From contig JADHWO010000002.1 of NCBI GenBank assembly GCA_016783445.1, positions 25,464 through 89,463 on the forward strand: a stretch of DNA of 64,000 bases. The letters are read 5' to 3'. The notes beneath the pieces are model-generated. The model searched no databases. It was not told the DNA's origin and worked only from the letters and a program-made list of their open reading frames with translations. This document shows positions 48,962-58,477 of the stretch, one piece after another (position 1 is the stretch's first letter; each line of letters opens with the position of its first letter). The translations under genes and the position numbers were made by a program. This DNA is from Candidatus Aminicenantes bacterium (GTDB taxonomy: Bacteria > Acidobacteriota > Aminicenantia > Aminicenantales > Aminicenantaceae).

Positions 48962-50263
48962 ATGGAAATTCTGCACATATGTGTACTTGTTGGCAGTTTT
49001 ATTTTGCTGTTATTTATCGGGGTCCCCATTTCTTTCAGCATAGGTATCGCCACGATTTCAACAATGCTGCTCAGTATAGATGCTGGGCCTTCCTTAACAA
49101 CCGTTGCACAGCGTATGGCCACTGGTCTGGATAGTTTTGCACTGTTGGCTATACCTTTTTTTATCCTTGCTGGTCAACTTATGAACAGGGGAGGGATTGC
49201 AAGGCGGCTTATTGATTTTGCTAAGGTTTTAGTGGGGATGTTCCCGGGCGGCTTGGCCTTTGTCAATATTATGGCTGCCATGCTTTTTGGTTCGATCTCA
49301 GGATCAGCAGTTGCATCTTCGGCAGCTATAGGTGGATTTATGGTCCCTATGATGAAAAAAGAGGGATATGATCTGAATTACAGCGCGGCTGTAAATATTA
49401 CTGCGGCTACAACAGGGCTAATTATCCCCCCAAGTAATATTCTAATCGTCTATTCTCTGGCCAGTGGGGGTGTTTCTATAGGGGCGCTCTTTCTTGCTGG
49501 ATATCTTCCCGGGATATGCATTGGGCTGTTTTTGATGGTTGTAGCAGGGATAATTGCTTATAGGAAGAAGTACCCGGTTGCCATGAAGGTTAAACTCACG
49601 GACGGCATTCTGCGGTTTCTTGACGCTCTGCCCAGCCTTTTCTTAATCATATTGGTTGTTGGCGGGATTGTGGCAGGTTTTTTTACAGCCACTGAGGCGT
49701 CGGCTATAGCTGTTCTCTACACATTTATTCTGTCATTCCTGATTTACAGGGAGGTCAAATGGAAAGAACTCCCAAAAGTCCTTCTGGATTCAGCTTCCAC
49801 AACAGCTATTGTTTTGCTGCTTATTGGGGTTTCCATGGGCATGTCCTGGGTAATATCCTACGAGAATATTCCCCAAAATGTCAGTGAAACTCTCATCGCG
49901 ATTTCAAATAGCCGGATAGTTGTCTTATTGATCATCAATGTGTTCCTCTTGATGTTAGGAACCTTTATGGATATAACACCTGCTGTTTTAATTTTTACAC
50001 CTATATTTCTGCCTGTGATGATACAAATGGGCATAAATCCGATTCATTTTGGCATCATTATTGTCTTGAATCTATGTATAGGCTTATGTACACCACCGGT
50101 GGGGACTGTTCTTTTTGTAGGATGTGGGGTTGCCGGAATAAGCATAACCAAGGTTATTAAGCCGCTTCTGCCCTTTTTTTTCGCTATGCTCGTTGCGCTT
50201 CTTTTAGTTACCTTTATCCCGGAAATCACCATGTTTCTCCCCAGGCTATTTGGATACGGATAA
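48962..50263 (+). CDS. dctM: TRAP transporter large permease (DctM)
   Basis: It is 433 aa with about 12 TM helices and the DctM pattern (FFILAGQLMNRGGI). Confidence 0.9.
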   Translation: MEILHICVLVGSFILLLFIGVPISFSIGIATISTMLLSIDAGPSLTTVAQRMATGLDSFALLAIPFFILAGQLMNRGGIARRLIDFAKVLVGMFPGGLAFVNIMAAMLFGSISGSAVASSAAIGGFMVPMMKKEGYDLNYSAAVNITAATTGLIIPPSNILIVYSLASGGVSIGALFLAGYLPGICIGLFLMVVAGIIAYRKKYPVAMKVKLTDGILRFLDALPSLFLIILVVGGIVAGFFTATEASAIAVLYTFILSFLIYREVKWKELPKVLLDSASTTAIVLLLIGVSMGMSWVISYENIPQNVSETLIAISNSRIVVLLIINVFLLMLGTFMDITPAVLIFTPIFLPVMIQMGINPIHFGIIIVLNLCIGLCTPPVGTVLFVGCGVAGISITKVIKPLLPFFFAMLVALLLVTFIPEITMFLPRLFGYG

Positions 50264-50338
50264 TGGTCTACTTCCTTTTTATCACATTTTTTTTGCTTGA
50301 CCCATTTTTTTATTTTAAGTTAACTTAAGTTTAATAAA

Positions 50339-51331
50339 ATGAGATTAAAAGTTATCTTCCTTTTTGTTCTTATGGGATTCCTGCCGGTTCTATCTTTGGC
50401 GAAGTCGGAAAAAGGGAAAAATTTCGGTACATTCAGCTGGTGCTTAGCAAATGATATCTTCGCAATTACAGACCGCAGGTTTACTGACGGATTCCAAATA
50501 GGGTGGATGTCCAAAGACTTAAAGAATTACAGAGAGAATCCATGGTTGAAGTGGATGCCTTTTGTGAATAAATCTGAATTTCAACATTCAATTTCAATTT
50601 CTCTCGGACACAGCATCTATACTCCGGATCAAATCTGGCGTAGTGAACTCATTGAGGAGGACTGCCCTTATGCTGGAATTTTCTACTTCTCATTTGGGAT
50701 TCACAGCATTGGCGATCTCCGTATGGATACTCTGGAAGTCAGTATAGGGATTCTAGGCCCTCATTCTTATGCCGAGCAAATTCAAAAATTTATTCATAGC
50801 CTTTATAATGGGATACGCCCGAACGGATGGGATCACCAGCTCAAGGATGAGCTTGCCCTGGGAGTGATTTATGAACGCCGGTGGAAGCTGCCTCAGCTGC
50901 AGTTCAACGATGGTTCCAGGCTTGAATTTATCCCTCATATGGGCGTAGGCTTGGGAAATGTCCAAACTTATGCCAGTACTGGGATGCAGATAAGATTCGG
51001 GCGGAACCTGCCAAAGGATTTTGGCGCTCCTCTCATTCGCCCGGGGGGTGACTGTAATATGACCTTTCGGCGTAGTGGAGGATCTGGAGTTTATGCTTTT
51101 TTTGCAGTGGACGGCAAAGCTGTCTTGAGAAATATTTTCCTTGATGGCAATACATTCCGGGACAGCCACAGGGTAGATAAAAAATATTTCACAACTGACA
51201 TTTTACTTGGAGTAAGCATGAGATTCGGCCGCGTTAATATCAGCTATGCATATGTCTTGTGGACAAAGAGGTTCAAGACCGAGCCAAAGGAACATATTTT
51301 CGGAGTGCTAAACCTTTCTTATTCTTATTAA
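50339..51331 (+). CDS. Outer-membrane protein, LpxR-like lipid A deacylase family (DUF2219)
   Basis: There is a signal peptide. ANDIFAITDRRFTDGFQIGW resembles the LpxR N-terminal motif DNDxF..DRxYTNG. The C-terminal aromatic end is SYSY. Confidence 0.5.
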   Translation: MRLKVIFLFVLMGFLPVLSLAKSEKGKNFGTFSWCLANDIFAITDRRFTDGFQIGWMSKDLKNYRENPWLKWMPFVNKSEFQHSISISLGHSIYTPDQIWRSELIEEDCPYAGIFYFSFGIHSIGDLRMDTLEVSIGILGPHSYAEQIQKFIHSLYNGIRPNGWDHQLKDELALGVIYERRWKLPQLQFNDGSRLEFIPHMGVGLGNVQTYASTGMQIRFGRNLPKDFGAPLIRPGGDCNMTFRRSGGSGVYAFFAVDGKAVLRNIFLDGNTFRDSHRVDKKYFTTDILLGVSMRFGRVNISYAYVLWTKRFKTEPKEHIFGVLNLSYSY

Positions 51332-51352
51332 ACATCAAAAAATAGGAAAAAA

Positions 51353-51907
51353 ATGAACACAAATAAAAAGATAAATTACTCTTTAGTTCTGTCTGATTAT
51401 TTGCAGAAGAGTCGTATTATCCTTTTTGTTTTTGTTGTGCTTCTCTTTTTAACCTCTTGCGGGAAAAAATCAGAAGAAGATTTGATCCTGGAATTCATGG
51501 AAGATATCGGGAGGTTTGCTGAAAAAAAAGACCTCGATAGCATCATGCTAAATCTAGCAGCGGATTATACTGATTTTAAAGGCCGCGATAAATGGAGATC
51601 CAAGGCTATGATTGATCAATATTTCAAACAATACAGAGGAATCGTCATTCATGTCCTGAGTTCCCGGATTGAAGAGATAAAGCCTCTAGAGGCATCCATT
51701 CAAACAGAAGTTGCACTGTCTTCCGGGATCGCTAAAGTTTTTCGTAAATTGGTTAAATTTTCAACTGATAATTATCGCCTGAAAATCAAATTGATAAAAA
51801 GAAACAAAAAGTGGAAGATTAAGTATGCAGAATGGAAATATGTCAGCCTTGAGGAACTCTATCCTGAATCGCTGTCCATTTTTAATAAAATTTTTAAGAT
51901 TGACTAA
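51353..51907 (+). CDS. Hypothetical lipoprotein
   Basis: The lipobox is LTSCGKK. No other motif was found. Confidence 0.4.
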   Translation: MNTNKKINYSLVLSDYLQKSRIILFVFVVLLFLTSCGKKSEEDLILEFMEDIGRFAEKKDLDSIMLNLAADYTDFKGRDKWRSKAMIDQYFKQYRGIVIHVLSSRIEEIKPLEASIQTEVALSSGIAKVFRKLVKFSTDNYRLKIKLIKRNKKWKIKYAEWKYVSLEELYPESLSIFNKIFKID

Positions 51908-52135
51908 AAATAACCCAGAAGTATTTGATAAATAAGGTTTATTCATACAAAGTTAAGATTTTAATAGTAAATATTATTAAAAAGGGTCCTGTCCCCGTTT
52001 TTATAAACTTTTTACGGCAAAAACACAAAAAAATGATATATTTAATTAAAAAAGAGGTAATTCTAATGAAGAAAGCTCTCTCACTACGTTTCGCTGTGAC
52101 ATCCGAATAAAATATTTTATTCCCATAAATTTATA

Positions 52136-52945
52136 ATGCCAGTCTTTAGCCATTCCAGAATACTTTCCTATGAAACATGTCCGTTGAGGTATAAATATGC
52201 CTATATCGATAAAGTAAGGCCTGATGTAGAAGAGACAGCAGACACTTATCTCGGCACCCGGGTGCACGAAGCACTGGAGAGGCTGTACAGAAATCTGGAT
52301 TATGGGAAGTTGATGTCACAAAAAGAGCTCTTGGCTTTTTACAAGAGAGAGTGGGAGAAAAATTGGCCAGACTCCATACTGATTGTAAAAGAAGACTCAA
52401 CTAAGGAAGATTACTGCAGGATGGGGGAGAAGTATATCGCGGATTATTACAGGAGATATAAACCTTTTAAAGAGGGTAAGATTCTTGATCTGGAAACAAC
52501 AGATTTTTTGTCCATTGATGAAAAAAATCGGTACAGATACTATATCAGGATTGATAGGCTTATGGAGATGGGGAATGGCCTCTATGAGGTGCATGATTAC
52601 AAGACTAATCTAAAATTGCCGGATCAGAAATTTCTGGAAAAAGACCGCCAACTTGCCATGTATTCCTTGTGGGTCAGACGGGAGTTTGAGGATTGTCGGG
52701 ATGTCCGGTTAGTCTGGCATTTTTTGGCGTTTGATAAAGAAATGGAGTCCTACAGGACAATAGAACAACTTGAAGATTTGAGGCGGGAAGTCCTGGCGAA
52801 GGTCAAGGCTATTGAGGCAGCTGAGGAATTTCCCGGAAATGCTTCAAAACTCTGTATCTGGTGTCTGTACAAAGGGAACTGTCCGCTGTGGATAAAATCC
52901 AGAGGGGACAGGTCTTCGGATGGTTCAAAATTATATAAAATGTGA
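52136..52945 (+). CDS. PD-(D/E)XK nuclease, Cas4/RecB-like, with a 4-Cys cluster
   Basis: N-terminal YETCPLRYKY, core EVHDYKT, and C-terminal CIWCLYKGNCPLW together form a Cas4-type Cys4 arrangement. Confidence 0.65.
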   Translation: MPVFSHSRILSYETCPLRYKYAYIDKVRPDVEETADTYLGTRVHEALERLYRNLDYGKLMSQKELLAFYKREWEKNWPDSILIVKEDSTKEDYCRMGEKYIADYYRRYKPFKEGKILDLETTDFLSIDEKNRYRYYIRIDRLMEMGNGLYEVHDYKTNLKLPDQKFLEKDRQLAMYSLWVRREFEDCRDVRLVWHFLAFDKEMESYRTIEQLEDLRREVLAKVKAIEAAEEFPGNASKLCIWCLYKGNCPLWIKSRGDRSSDGSKLYKM

Positions 52946-53324
52946 TAAGTGGGTCAGGCCTTAAAAACTCTAATAACTTGGATTTTTGTTACTTGTTTTT
53001 TTTGACATAATATTTTTCCCCATGAATATTAAAATTCTAAAAATTTTAAAGGTCTTTCCCCTATAATTCTAGAGAATTTCAATTTGACTATTTTCTTTTT
53101 AATGAATATCTTATTAGCCAAAAGGAAAAAAGAGGAAGGATTTCATGAGTCATTCTAAAAAAGCAACAAAACAATCCTGTCAAATTAAGCGCAGGGAGTT
53201 TTGTAAAAGGGTTCCCTGTGTTGCAGTTAGCGCAATATTTTCAACCAGCTTGATGGGGATGGCTTTTAAGGGAGATAAAACAACCCCATCTTCAAAGGAA
53301 TCAAACTATAAAAAGGAGGAGATT

Positions 53325-53600
53325 ATGGCCAAAAAAATAACAGCAGTCACAGCAAAAGTTATTAGCCAGAAAGGAACCTGTGCCATGGGGCATAAGATTG
53401 GTCATAAGGTTAAGTTTACTGAATCTGGAATTGAAGGAAAAATCTGTATTCACGCACTATACAGCATGCTTCCAGGAGTTTTTGCAATGATGTATGAATC
53501 TCGGTTTCCGTGGCTCAAAGATCCGGATAAAAAAACGCATGCCTGTCCGGATGCATATAATCCTGTTGTATTTGAAATTGAAAGGATTAGAGAAAAATAG
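53325..53600 (+). CDS. Small TIGR04076-like protein (about 91 aa)
   Basis: The pattern is C..GH..G..F...IC..A.....W.KD....CPD..NPVVFEIERI. A strong RBS (aaggagg) lies 7 nt before ATG 53325. The ORF track starts at 53145 with a Tat-like N-extension (RREFCK). Confidence 0.5.
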   Translation: MAKKITAVTAKVISQKGTCAMGHKIGHKVKFTESGIEGKICIHALYSMLPGVFAMMYESRFPWLKDPDKKTHACPDAYNPVVFEIERIREK

Positions 53601-53678
53601 AATAGGGTTACTGCATGGCACAGCCTGTAGTCAAAATTTGCCTGAACAAACAAGCTTTATTTCACGAGGAGGTAAGAG

Positions 53679-56003
53679 GTGATGGAACATATTGAGAAGT
53701 TTTTAGGAGAATTGCCGTTATTTAAAAAATTTTCCCAGTCAGAGCTGAAAAGGCTTGTCGGAAAAAGCCATGTAAAAACTTTTGCCCCAAAGGAAGTGAT
53801 TATCCAATTCGGACAACCGGGAAGATTCCTTGGAATTGTCCTTGAAGGTGAAGCCGAGGCTGTGATTACCAGTAAAACGGGTAACCGGATACGGCTTGGA
53901 CTTATTGAACAAGGTAATTTCCTTGGTGAGATGTCACTGCTAACCGGCGAACCCACCAGCGCAGATGTTATCGCCTTAAAAAAATGTGAGATCTTTCTTA
54001 TCCCCCAGAAGATTTTTTCAACTATTGTTGCTGTTAATCCCGAGGCTGTAAGGATACTTGCAAAGACCATAACTGACAGGCTAAAAAGCCGCCAGCAGAA
54101 TGAGGAAGAACAGACGCGTGTAAAAAATGCCTGGCGGAGCGTGCCGGATCCTTATGGACTCAGTTTGTCTCCTGATACTCCCAAGAAAATGCTGGTCATA
54201 AACTGCGGCAGTTCCTCATTAAAATTTAGTTATTTTGATACGGCTCATGAGACAAATAATCTTGAAGGGATAGTTGAGAACATTGGCCTGGAGAATTCTG
54301 CTATTCACTCTTCGTCGGAAAAAGGTGAAGTTAACAAAGAACTGGGCAGCATTGGCTATAAAGAGGCATTTCAGACTGTTGTTGAGCTGCTAACTGATTC
54401 CAAAGATGGCGTGATTTCCGATCTTAACGAGCTTAGCGCAGTGGGCCACCGTGTTGTTCATGGTGGTGATAAGTACGGAAGTGCAGTGATTATCGATAAA
54501 GAAGTGATTAAAGACATAAATAAATATTCGAGTCTGGCACCGCTCCATAATCCTCCAAACCTGATGGCTATCCAGGAGAGTATTAATCTTATGCCAGAGG
54601 TGCCGCAGGTGGCTGTTTTTGATACGGGTTTCCATCAGAAGATGCCCAGACATGCTTATCTCTACGGGCTTCCGTATGAGTATTATGAGAAAGACCACAT
54701 CCGCAGGTACGGTTTCCATGGTATTTCTCATAATTATGTTGCTCTTCAGGCTGCTGCTTATTTAAAGCTCAATTTCCGGGAATTGAAGATTATTACCTGT
54801 CACCTGGGGAATGGTGCTTCTATCTGTGCTATTGATCACGGAAGGTCAGTGGACACTAGTATGGGGCTGACACCCCTGGAGGGACTAATCATGGGCACCA
54901 GGTGCGGGGATATCGACCCTTCAACAATTTTACACATTTGCAGGGAAAAAGGATTATCTGTTGAGGAAGTTGATGGCATTTTGAACCGCCAGAGTGGCCT
55001 TAAAGGGCTTTCCGGGATATCCAGTGATTTACGGAAGATTGAAGAAGAAGCCAGTAAAGGAAACCAAAGGGCTTTACTTGCTCTTGACGTTTTTGGTTAC
55101 AGGATCCGGAAGTATATAGGCTCATACATAGCTGCCATAGGTGAGTTGGATGTACTTGTCTTTACTGGAGGAATTGGCGAGGGGAGCGCCTGGGTCAGAA
55201 GCCTGGCATGCCAGGGGCTGTCTCATATGGGAATACGGATGGATAACATACTGAATAAAACGGTATCACCAGGACCTGGAGAAGTAGGGGATATCTCGGA
55301 TGAACTTTCTGAGGTGAAAATCCTGGTTATTCCTACTAATGAAGGAAGAATGATTGCCCGGGAGACGATCCACACCCTTCGATACCAGGATGTGACTCAC
55401 GTGATTAAAAGTCAAAAAGAGAAGAGGTTTCCGATTGAAGTATCGGCCCACCATATCCATTTAGCAACAAGTGAAATTGAATCGCTTTTCGGGGCAGGAA
55501 GTAAACTGACTCTTCGGTCAGACCTATCCCAGCCGGGCCAGTTTGCCTGCGAAGAAACAGTTAATCTTGCAGGGCCCAAGGGCCGGGTAGAGCGGGTAAG
55601 GGTTCTGGGTCCTGAACGGAAAGAGAGCCAGGTTGAGATATCCATGACAGAAGAATTTAAACTGGGTATAAAAGCTCCGATCCGTGCCTCCGGTGATCTG
55701 GAGGGCAGTCCTGGAATCACACTTGAAGGCTCAAAGGGTACGTGCGACGTACCCAAGGGAGTTATCTGCTCATTTCGTCATATTCACATGGCTCCGGAAG
55801 ATGCCCTTTCTTTTGGCCTGAAGGACCGCGATATTGTCCAGGTAAGGGTTGAAGGGGAAAGGACATTGATTTTTGGAGATGTCCTTGTACGTGTTCATCC
55901 TGATTTTCGGCTTAGTATGCATATCGATACAGATGAGGCCAATGCAGCTAATATCACAACAGGAATGGAAGGAACTCTTGTTGGTGTCCAGGACCGCAGA
56001 TGA
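53679..56003 (+). CDS. Tri-domain fusion: cNMP-binding domain + acetate kinase + PduL-type phosphate acyltransferase
   Basis: The cNMP motifs are FLGEMSLLTGEPTSADV. The AckA motifs are VINCGSSSLKF, GHRVVHGG, FDTGFHQKMP, CHLGNGASICAI and VFTGGIGE. The PduL double repeat is SAHHIHL and SFRHIHMAPEDA. Confidence 0.85.
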   Translation: MMEHIEKFLGELPLFKKFSQSELKRLVGKSHVKTFAPKEVIIQFGQPGRFLGIVLEGEAEAVITSKTGNRIRLGLIEQGNFLGEMSLLTGEPTSADVIALKKCEIFLIPQKIFSTIVAVNPEAVRILAKTITDRLKSRQQNEEEQTRVKNAWRSVPDPYGLSLSPDTPKKMLVINCGSSSLKFSYFDTAHETNNLEGIVENIGLENSAIHSSSEKGEVNKELGSIGYKEAFQTVVELLTDSKDGVISDLNELSAVGHRVVHGGDKYGSAVIIDKEVIKDINKYSSLAPLHNPPNLMAIQESINLMPEVPQVAVFDTGFHQKMPRHAYLYGLPYEYYEKDHIRRYGFHGISHNYVALQAAAYLKLNFRELKIITCHLGNGASICAIDHGRSVDTSMGLTPLEGLIMGTRCGDIDPSTILHICREKGLSVEEVDGILNRQSGLKGLSGISSDLRKIEEEASKGNQRALLALDVFGYRIRKYIGSYIAAIGELDVLVFTGGIGEGSAWVRSLACQGLSHMGIRMDNILNKTVSPGPGEVGDISDELSEVKILVIPTNEGRMIARETIHTLRYQDVTHVIKSQKEKRFPIEVSAHHIHLATSEIESLFGAGSKLTLRSDLSQPGQFACEETVNLAGPKGRVERVRVLGPERKESQVEISMTEEFKLGIKAPIRASGDLEGSPGITLEGSKGTCDVPKGVICSFRHIHMAPEDALSFGLKDRDIVQVRVEGERTLIFGDVLVRVHPDFRLSMHIDTDEANAANITTGMEGTLVGVQDRR

Positions 56004-56032
56004 TTTTTAGGATTTAAACCTTTTCGGCTCAG

Positions 56033-56194
56033 CTAAAGCACATACGTAGCTACTGCCTTACAGGTGACTTCATAGCCCGTGTTCTGGCCGGCATCCATCA
56101 GCTCTAAAACAGAGGAGGGGACAAGAAGGTTGAACCCCACAAAGCTAATAATTACAGCTATTATTAAAATGGCTATTTTTGCTCTTAGTTTCAT
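56033..56194 (-). CDS. Small membrane protein (53 aa)
   Basis: The RBS aaggag lies 8 nt upstream of ATG. There is a single TM segment. Confidence 0.4.
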   Translation of the reverse strand: MKLRAKIAILIIAVIISFVGFNLLVPSSVLELMDAGQNTGYEVTCKAVATYVL

Positions 56195-56339
56195 TTTGTT
56201 CTCCTTATAATTATTCATTCTATACATTAATACGTAAAAGAAGGTAAAAAGGTTGCTACTTTTCTATATTCTTGACGCGATGCATTAAAAGTTTTAGCAT
56301 GAAAGCAGTTTAAATCTTTGTGTGAGGGAGTGAATTGAG

Positions 56340-56534
56340 ATGAAGTATTCATTAAAATGCCCTTTGTGCAACCAGTCTTTAACTATAGATGCGGAAACCG
56401 AAAATGATGCAGTAGAAAAATTTTTGTCAGAAGGCAAGGTACATACAAAAAAACATCATCCTAATATACCGGCTATGCCAGAAGAACAAATGAAAACTAT
56501 GATACGTTTTGGGATGAAAAAGCAGGAATCATAA
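56340..56534 (+). CDS. DUF1059-like small protein
   Basis: The pattern C..C....AETE......H...HH..IP.MPEE matches DUF1059 proteins. Confidence 0.45.
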   Translation: MKYSLKCPLCNQSLTIDAETENDAVEKFLSEGKVHTKKHHPNIPAMPEEQMKTMIRFGMKKQES

Positions 56535-56810
56535 GGTAAAGAGGGATTATTCAGTAGAAAATCTAAAGAACCGTCTTTTTTCGTTTTTTCAAAAATATTG
56601 AAGTTTTAAAGTCTGATCCCAAAAAACAAAAAAGAAAGCTGGCTGTTTAGGGTAAATAAGCAAAAGGGGGTATCGGATAGGAAGGAACTTGCCCAGCCAG
56701 CACAACAAGTTTATTCCAGTTTGGCATAACAGACCAAGGAAATCAATCACCTCTTTAGATGAATTTAGGGGTGATTTTTTCTCACCCTTTCATTTTTATA
56801 GGTTTGCCTT

Positions 56811-57269
56811 CTACTCGAGTCTTTTGATGATATGCCAGCCGTATTTGCTGTTCTTTGGGTCATACTTTGCTAGACCAATGCTGTTGACTGAAAGTGAGAA
56901 GCTTACATCGCCAAAGGCTTTAACCATTTTAGAGCGTGAAAATACTCTTTTGCTTGAATCCGGCTCAATATTAAAATTAGACATCTTATAAATCCCTGGA
57001 TATGAGTCGTCTGTGTATTCCCTGACAAGAGCGTCAAAATCTTCCCCTTTTTTAGCTCTGTTGAAGATTTCAAAAGCAAGGGCTTTTGCTTCAGCTTTTG
57101 TACGGGTAACCTGGGCTTTTGGGATTGAACCTTTAAAAGCAATCAGGATATGTTGTACAGTAACCTGGTCTGGCTCTTTAACCTGGCCTGGCTCTTTCTT
57201 CCAGGATACAAATAGCAACAAAACAGCCAACATGAGTAAACATGGTGTTTTTTTTAATTTTATCATTTT
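56811..57269 (-). CDS. Parvulin-type (PpiC) peptidyl-prolyl cis-trans isomerase, secreted
   Basis: VQHILIAF, AKKGEDFDALVREYTDD, MVKAFGD and GWHIIKR are present. There is a signal peptide after the internal Met. Confidence 0.7.
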   Translation of the reverse strand, partial: KMIKLKKTPCLLMLAVLLLFVSWKKEPGQVKEPDQVTVQHILIAFKGSIPKAQVTRTKAEAKALAFEIFNRAKKGEDFDALVREYTDDSYPGIYKMSNFNIEPDSSKRVFSRSKMVKAFGDVSFSLSVNSIGLAKYDPKNSKYGWHIIKRLE

Positions 57270-57445
57270 CACCTCTTTTTTCCTGAATATGTTAAAAATT
57301 TTATCATTTTCCTGTAGAGCAAAACTTATAACAGAGGAATGAATTGTTGTCAAAATGAAAAAAATAACTTTAAGTAATAAAAATCGCCATTTTCAGATTA
57401 ACTTATAACCTCAGGTTATTTTTATATTTTTGTACTATCCTTGTG

Positions 57446-57650
57446 GAGAGTAAAGCGGTGCGGCAATCTTATAGTTTTCTGTAGGAGCTTGATTCATCAA
57501 ACCCATCTTTGTATTGGGGATTTGGTTTAAATGTAGGTAACATGATGATGTGATGCACCTCCACTGGGATTTGATTCATCAAACCCACAATAGGAAAAGG
57601 ATAGAATAAAATGTTTTTGCCAGGAGCATAACGACGCGGCAATCTCACCT
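57446..57650. repeat. REP cluster with two family-2 units flanking two family-1 palindromes
   Basis: The units are gcggtgcggcaatctta, gtaggagcttgattcatcaaaccc, gggatttgattcatcaaacccac and acgacgcggcaatctcac. Confidence 0.55.
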
Positions 57651-57800
57651 TTGATAAGATATGAATAGAATGGATATAGACTGGATGTTTGGCCTTTTAA
57701 GGAGAGCGTCCACTTTGATGATTGAAAAAGAATTGGATTTTTGTTAGAGTGGAGAAAATTCTCTTATTTTTAAGAAACTCGTTATTTTGGGAGAAAAAAG

Positions 57801-58310
57801 ATGAAACCATTCTTAAAAAAACTCCTCAGCATTTTACTTATAGTCTTTATAGCTGTGGCTTTTGCTGTTTTGGGATTCTATTTTAACAAATATGGCTTGG
57901 ATTTTTTAAAGCGCACAAAGTTGGTAGAGCAGATTCCTTTTGGGGAAGTAATTGAGATCACGGGATTTGAAGAAAAAGAGTTCTATAATTCAAAAAATGA
58001 ATTTATCGGAGCTGAAATAAGGATTAAAGTTAGATTTGCCTCAAAGTTAGAACCAGTTGAAAAATTACCTTCAGAATATAAACGAGGAATAGAAAAGGCT
58101 TACAGCAACGTAGTTATAATCGTGAAAGAGATTCCCAGCAAGGAATTACTGGACAAAATGAAAGAAGCATTGGAAGGCAGCGAGTTTCTAAAATTAATCG
58201 ATAGCGCTGAAGTCCAGGTTAGTTATATTGAAACAAAAATTGATAAAAAAAGAGTAAAAAGTATAGAAGAGATATTCGTGAAACCAGAGAGTTATTACTT
58301 TATAAAATAG
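57801..58310 (+). CDS. Hypothetical membrane-anchored protein
   Basis: There is an N-terminal TM segment. No other motif was found. Confidence 0.4.
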   Translation: MKPFLKKLLSILLIVFIAVAFAVLGFYFNKYGLDFLKRTKLVEQIPFGEVIEITGFEEKEFYNSKNEFIGAEIRIKVRFASKLEPVEKLPSEYKRGIEKAYSNVVIIVKEIPSKELLDKMKEALEGSEFLKLIDSAEVQVSYIETKIDKKRVKSIEEIFVKPESYYFIK

Positions 58311-58477
58311 CACGTATTTTCCTTTTTTGCCGAGAAGAATTCGATTTTAAACATCCGTTAGTATGGGGTATGTTTTCTTTTTATTCCTAAACATTATTAT
58401 TGATCTTTATTATCTTAGAAGATAGAAATCGTTTTGTTGGATGGGTAATAGACTCAAAAGGGAAGGAGGATATTTAA

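Noticed and set aside
56535-57800. Looked for tmRNA, RNase P RNA, SRP RNA or tRNA in the larger intergenic regions (also 12910-13883, 17924-18238, 60065-60315)
   Set aside because: No GGTTCGAATCC-type T-arm, no RNase P P4 consensus and no tag-peptide frame was seen. The regions are explained by REP-like repeats. This cannot be fully excluded without a covariance-model scan.
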